From: Solirubrobacteraceae bacterium | GTDB lineage: Bacteria > Actinomycetota > Thermoleophilia > Solirubrobacterales > Solirubrobacteraceae | DNA: 64,000 nucleotides | Direction: 5' to 3' | Assembly (NCBI GenBank): GCA_034664395.1 | Contig: JAXDHQ010000015.1 | Coordinates: forward strand, 705 to 64,704 | Shown here: piece after piece, positions 60,535 to 64,000 of the stretch | Numbering within the stretch: the stretch's first letter is position 1 | How the letters are laid out: each line of letters starts with the position of its first letter | Notes under the pieces: generated by a model | What the model was told of the DNA's origin: nothing | The model's database searches: none | What the model saw: only the letters and a program-made list of their open reading frames with translations | Program-made: the position numbers and the translations under genes

Positions 60535-62450
60535 ATGCGCGTCCGGTTCACTCTCGCCGCTCTGGCGGCGGCCCTCGGAACCCTCGTCCTCGCGTCCTCG
60601 GCGGGCGCGCAGATCGCCTACGCCGCGTGCCAGCCGCTGGGCTTCCAGTGCGGTCAGCTCCCCGTGCCGATCGACCGCACCGGCGCGGTGCCCGGCACGC
60701 TCACGCTGAACGTCAAGCGCGTCGTCGCGGCGTCGAACCCGACGGCGACCGCGATCGTCGCGCTGGCCGGCGGCCCGGGTCAGCCCGCCCTGCCCGCGGT
60801 GACCGACTTCGCCGCCATCCTCGGCCCGGCGCTGGCCACGCGCGACCTCGTCGTCTTCGACCAGCGCGGCACCGGCACGTCCAATCGCCTGGACTGCGCG
60901 GCGCTCCACGATCCGACCGCGTCGATCCAGGACACGGCGAAGTCGTGCGCCGAGCAGCTCGGGCCCATCCGCGGCCTCTACCGGACGGCCGACTCGGTCG
61001 ACGACATCGAGGCCATCCGCGTCGAGTCCGGCTACCAGAAGCTGGTCCTGTTCGGCGTGTCCTACGGCACCAAGGTCGCCGAGGACTACGCCGCCAAGTA
61101 CCCGGCCAACGTCGAGTCGCTCGTGCTCGACTCCGTGGTGCCGCCCGAGGGCTCGGACGTCCTCAACGTCTCGACGTTCCATGCGATGGGCCGCGCGCTG
61201 GCCGAGCTGTGCGCCAACGGCGCATGCAACGGCATCACCAACAACCCGCTGCGCGACCTGGCGACGCTCGCGGCCAAGACGGCCAAGAGCCCGCTGATCG
61301 GCCCGGTCACCACGCCCGCCGGGCGCAAGCTGCGGGTCCGCGTCGACGCGCGCGGGCTCTACGGCGTCCTCCTGGCGGGCGACCTCAACCCCACCCTGCG
61401 CGCCGAGCTGCCCGGCGCGATGCGCAGCGCGATCAAGAAGGACGTCCGCCCGCTGCTGCGCCTCTACGTGCGCGCCGCCGGACTGACCGGCATCCCCGGC
61501 ACGCGGCTGCAGAGCGCCCTCGACGCGACCGACTCCGATGCGCTGTTCCTGGCCACGCGCTGCGAGGAGTCGGTGTTCCCATGGGACCGCGCCGCCGACC
61601 CGACCACCCGCGCCGCTCAGGCGGTCGCGGCGGCGAAGGCGCACCCGGCCGGCGACTTCTTCCCGTTCGACTACCAGGTGGCGCTCAACAGCGAGGCGAT
61701 CCCGGTGTGCCTGAGCTGGCCCGACGCGAGCCCGCCGCCCGTCCCGCCGACGCCGCTGCCGACGGTCCCCACGCTCGTCATCTCCGGGGACGCCGACCTG
61801 CGCACGCCACTCGAGGACGGCCAGGTCGTGGCGTCGCGCATCGCCGGCGCCCAGATCCTCGGCGTGCCCTACACCGGCCACTCGGTGCTCGGGAGCGACC
61901 TCAGCGGCTGCGCCCAGGCAGCGGTGACCGCGTTCTTCGCCGCCCAGCCGGTGGCCCCGTGCGCCAACGTCAGGCAGATCTTCACCCCCACGCCGGTGGC
62001 GCCGACGCGTCTGAGCCGGGTGCCCGGGCGCACCACCGCGCTCAAGACGGTCGCCGCGGTCGCCGCCACGATCACCGACGTCCGCCGGCAGTTCCTCGGC
62101 GACGCGATCGCCGCCGGACGCTCGACGCCCGTCGGCGCCCGGGTGGTCGGCCTGCGCTCCGGCCGCGCGACGGCGGTGCCGGGCGCCTTCAGCCTGCGCG
62201 ACGTCGAGTACGTCCCCGGCGTGACCGTCAGCGGGCGCGTGGGACGCAGCGGCGTCTTCGGCACGCTCACGGTCCGCGGCCCGGCCGCGCCGGGCGGGCG
62301 GCTGACGTTCCGGGCCGACGGGATCGTGACCGGCAGCCTCGGCGGTCGCAGGGTGAGGACGCGCACGGCAGGCGCGGCGCAGGCGATGAGCGCGACGACC
62401 GGCTGGCCCGCGGCGCTCCCGCCCCACCCGGGACTCGTAGGCTTGGGCTG

Positions 62451-62451
<1 letters not shown>
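60535..62451 (+). CDS. Secreted alpha/beta hydrolase (S33 tripeptidyl/prolyl aminopeptidase-like with TAP-like C-terminal region)
   Basis: ATG 60535 within ORF 60439..62451, 638 aa. Signal peptide ..[12 protein letters not shown].., ..[10 protein letters not shown].., nucleophile elbow ..LFGVSYGTK.. Confidence 0.8.

Positions 62452-64000
<1,549 letters not shown>

Overview
This is a very GC-rich (by eye about 70% or more, not computed), gene-dense chromosomal segment. Gene content looks Actinomycetota-like: a ~180 kDa NAD-glutamate dehydrogenase, GTP-PEPCK and a cdd-deoA-add nucleoside block. GTG/TTG starts and 4-nt ATGA/GTGA start-stop overlaps are frequent, and several genes appear leaderless. 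I call 59 protein-coding genes. The very long Arg/Ala/Pro-rich ORFs in the six-frame track are antisense or out-of-frame shadows of real genes. I saw no rRNA, tRNA, CRISPR array, transposase, integrase or phage gene.

Gene blocks in order:
- meaB, moaA and mobA.
- Large NAD-GDH.
- SRPBCC, ArsR and PRC-barrel genes.
- pckG.
- A dicarboxylate-CoA cluster: MaoC hydratase, Mcl-type lyase, P450, SucCD-like CoA ligase and a single-cluster ferredoxin.
- Fpg/Nei.
- A GAF-GGDEF-HD-GYP protein.
- An agmatine-to-putrescine operon with three unexpected inserted genes.
- A large nucleoside salvage and catabolism block: upp, CYTH-cdd fusion, punA, deoA, add, BMP/ABC nucleoside transporter, an Amn/PNP-like 586-aa protein, deoC and ALDHs.
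- Acyl-CoA genes.
- An aminotransferase and lysyl-oxidase-like operon.
- A GntR-controlled lactonase, hydroxyacid-oxoacid transhydrogenase and FAD-oxidase locus.
- A gamma-glutamylation-type amine utilisation cluster.
- ilvA-ridA, a secreted alpha/beta hydrolase and a YyaL-like thioredoxin-domain protein.

Most unusual observations:
1. A multi-block intergenic repeat family has three full copies and one fragment in the window. Two copies share a 62-nt near-identical core. The copies contain an internally duplicated CGTCACGA...TTCCC.TCG box, and two carry a long hairpin whose arms differ but stay complementary.
2. An uncharacterised 586-aa protein has a nucleoside-phosphorylase/AMP-nucleosidase-like C-terminal domain. 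It is convergent with an orphan AAA-wHTH ATPase whose start abuts the only AT-rich palindromic patch in the window.
3. A CYTH domain is fused to cytidine deaminase.
4. Amidohydrolase, DUF59 and FGE-like genes sit between aguA and aguB.
5. A lysyl-oxidase-fold protein lacks the His-rich copper site.

All functional calls rest on motif recognition by eye. No database search was run.
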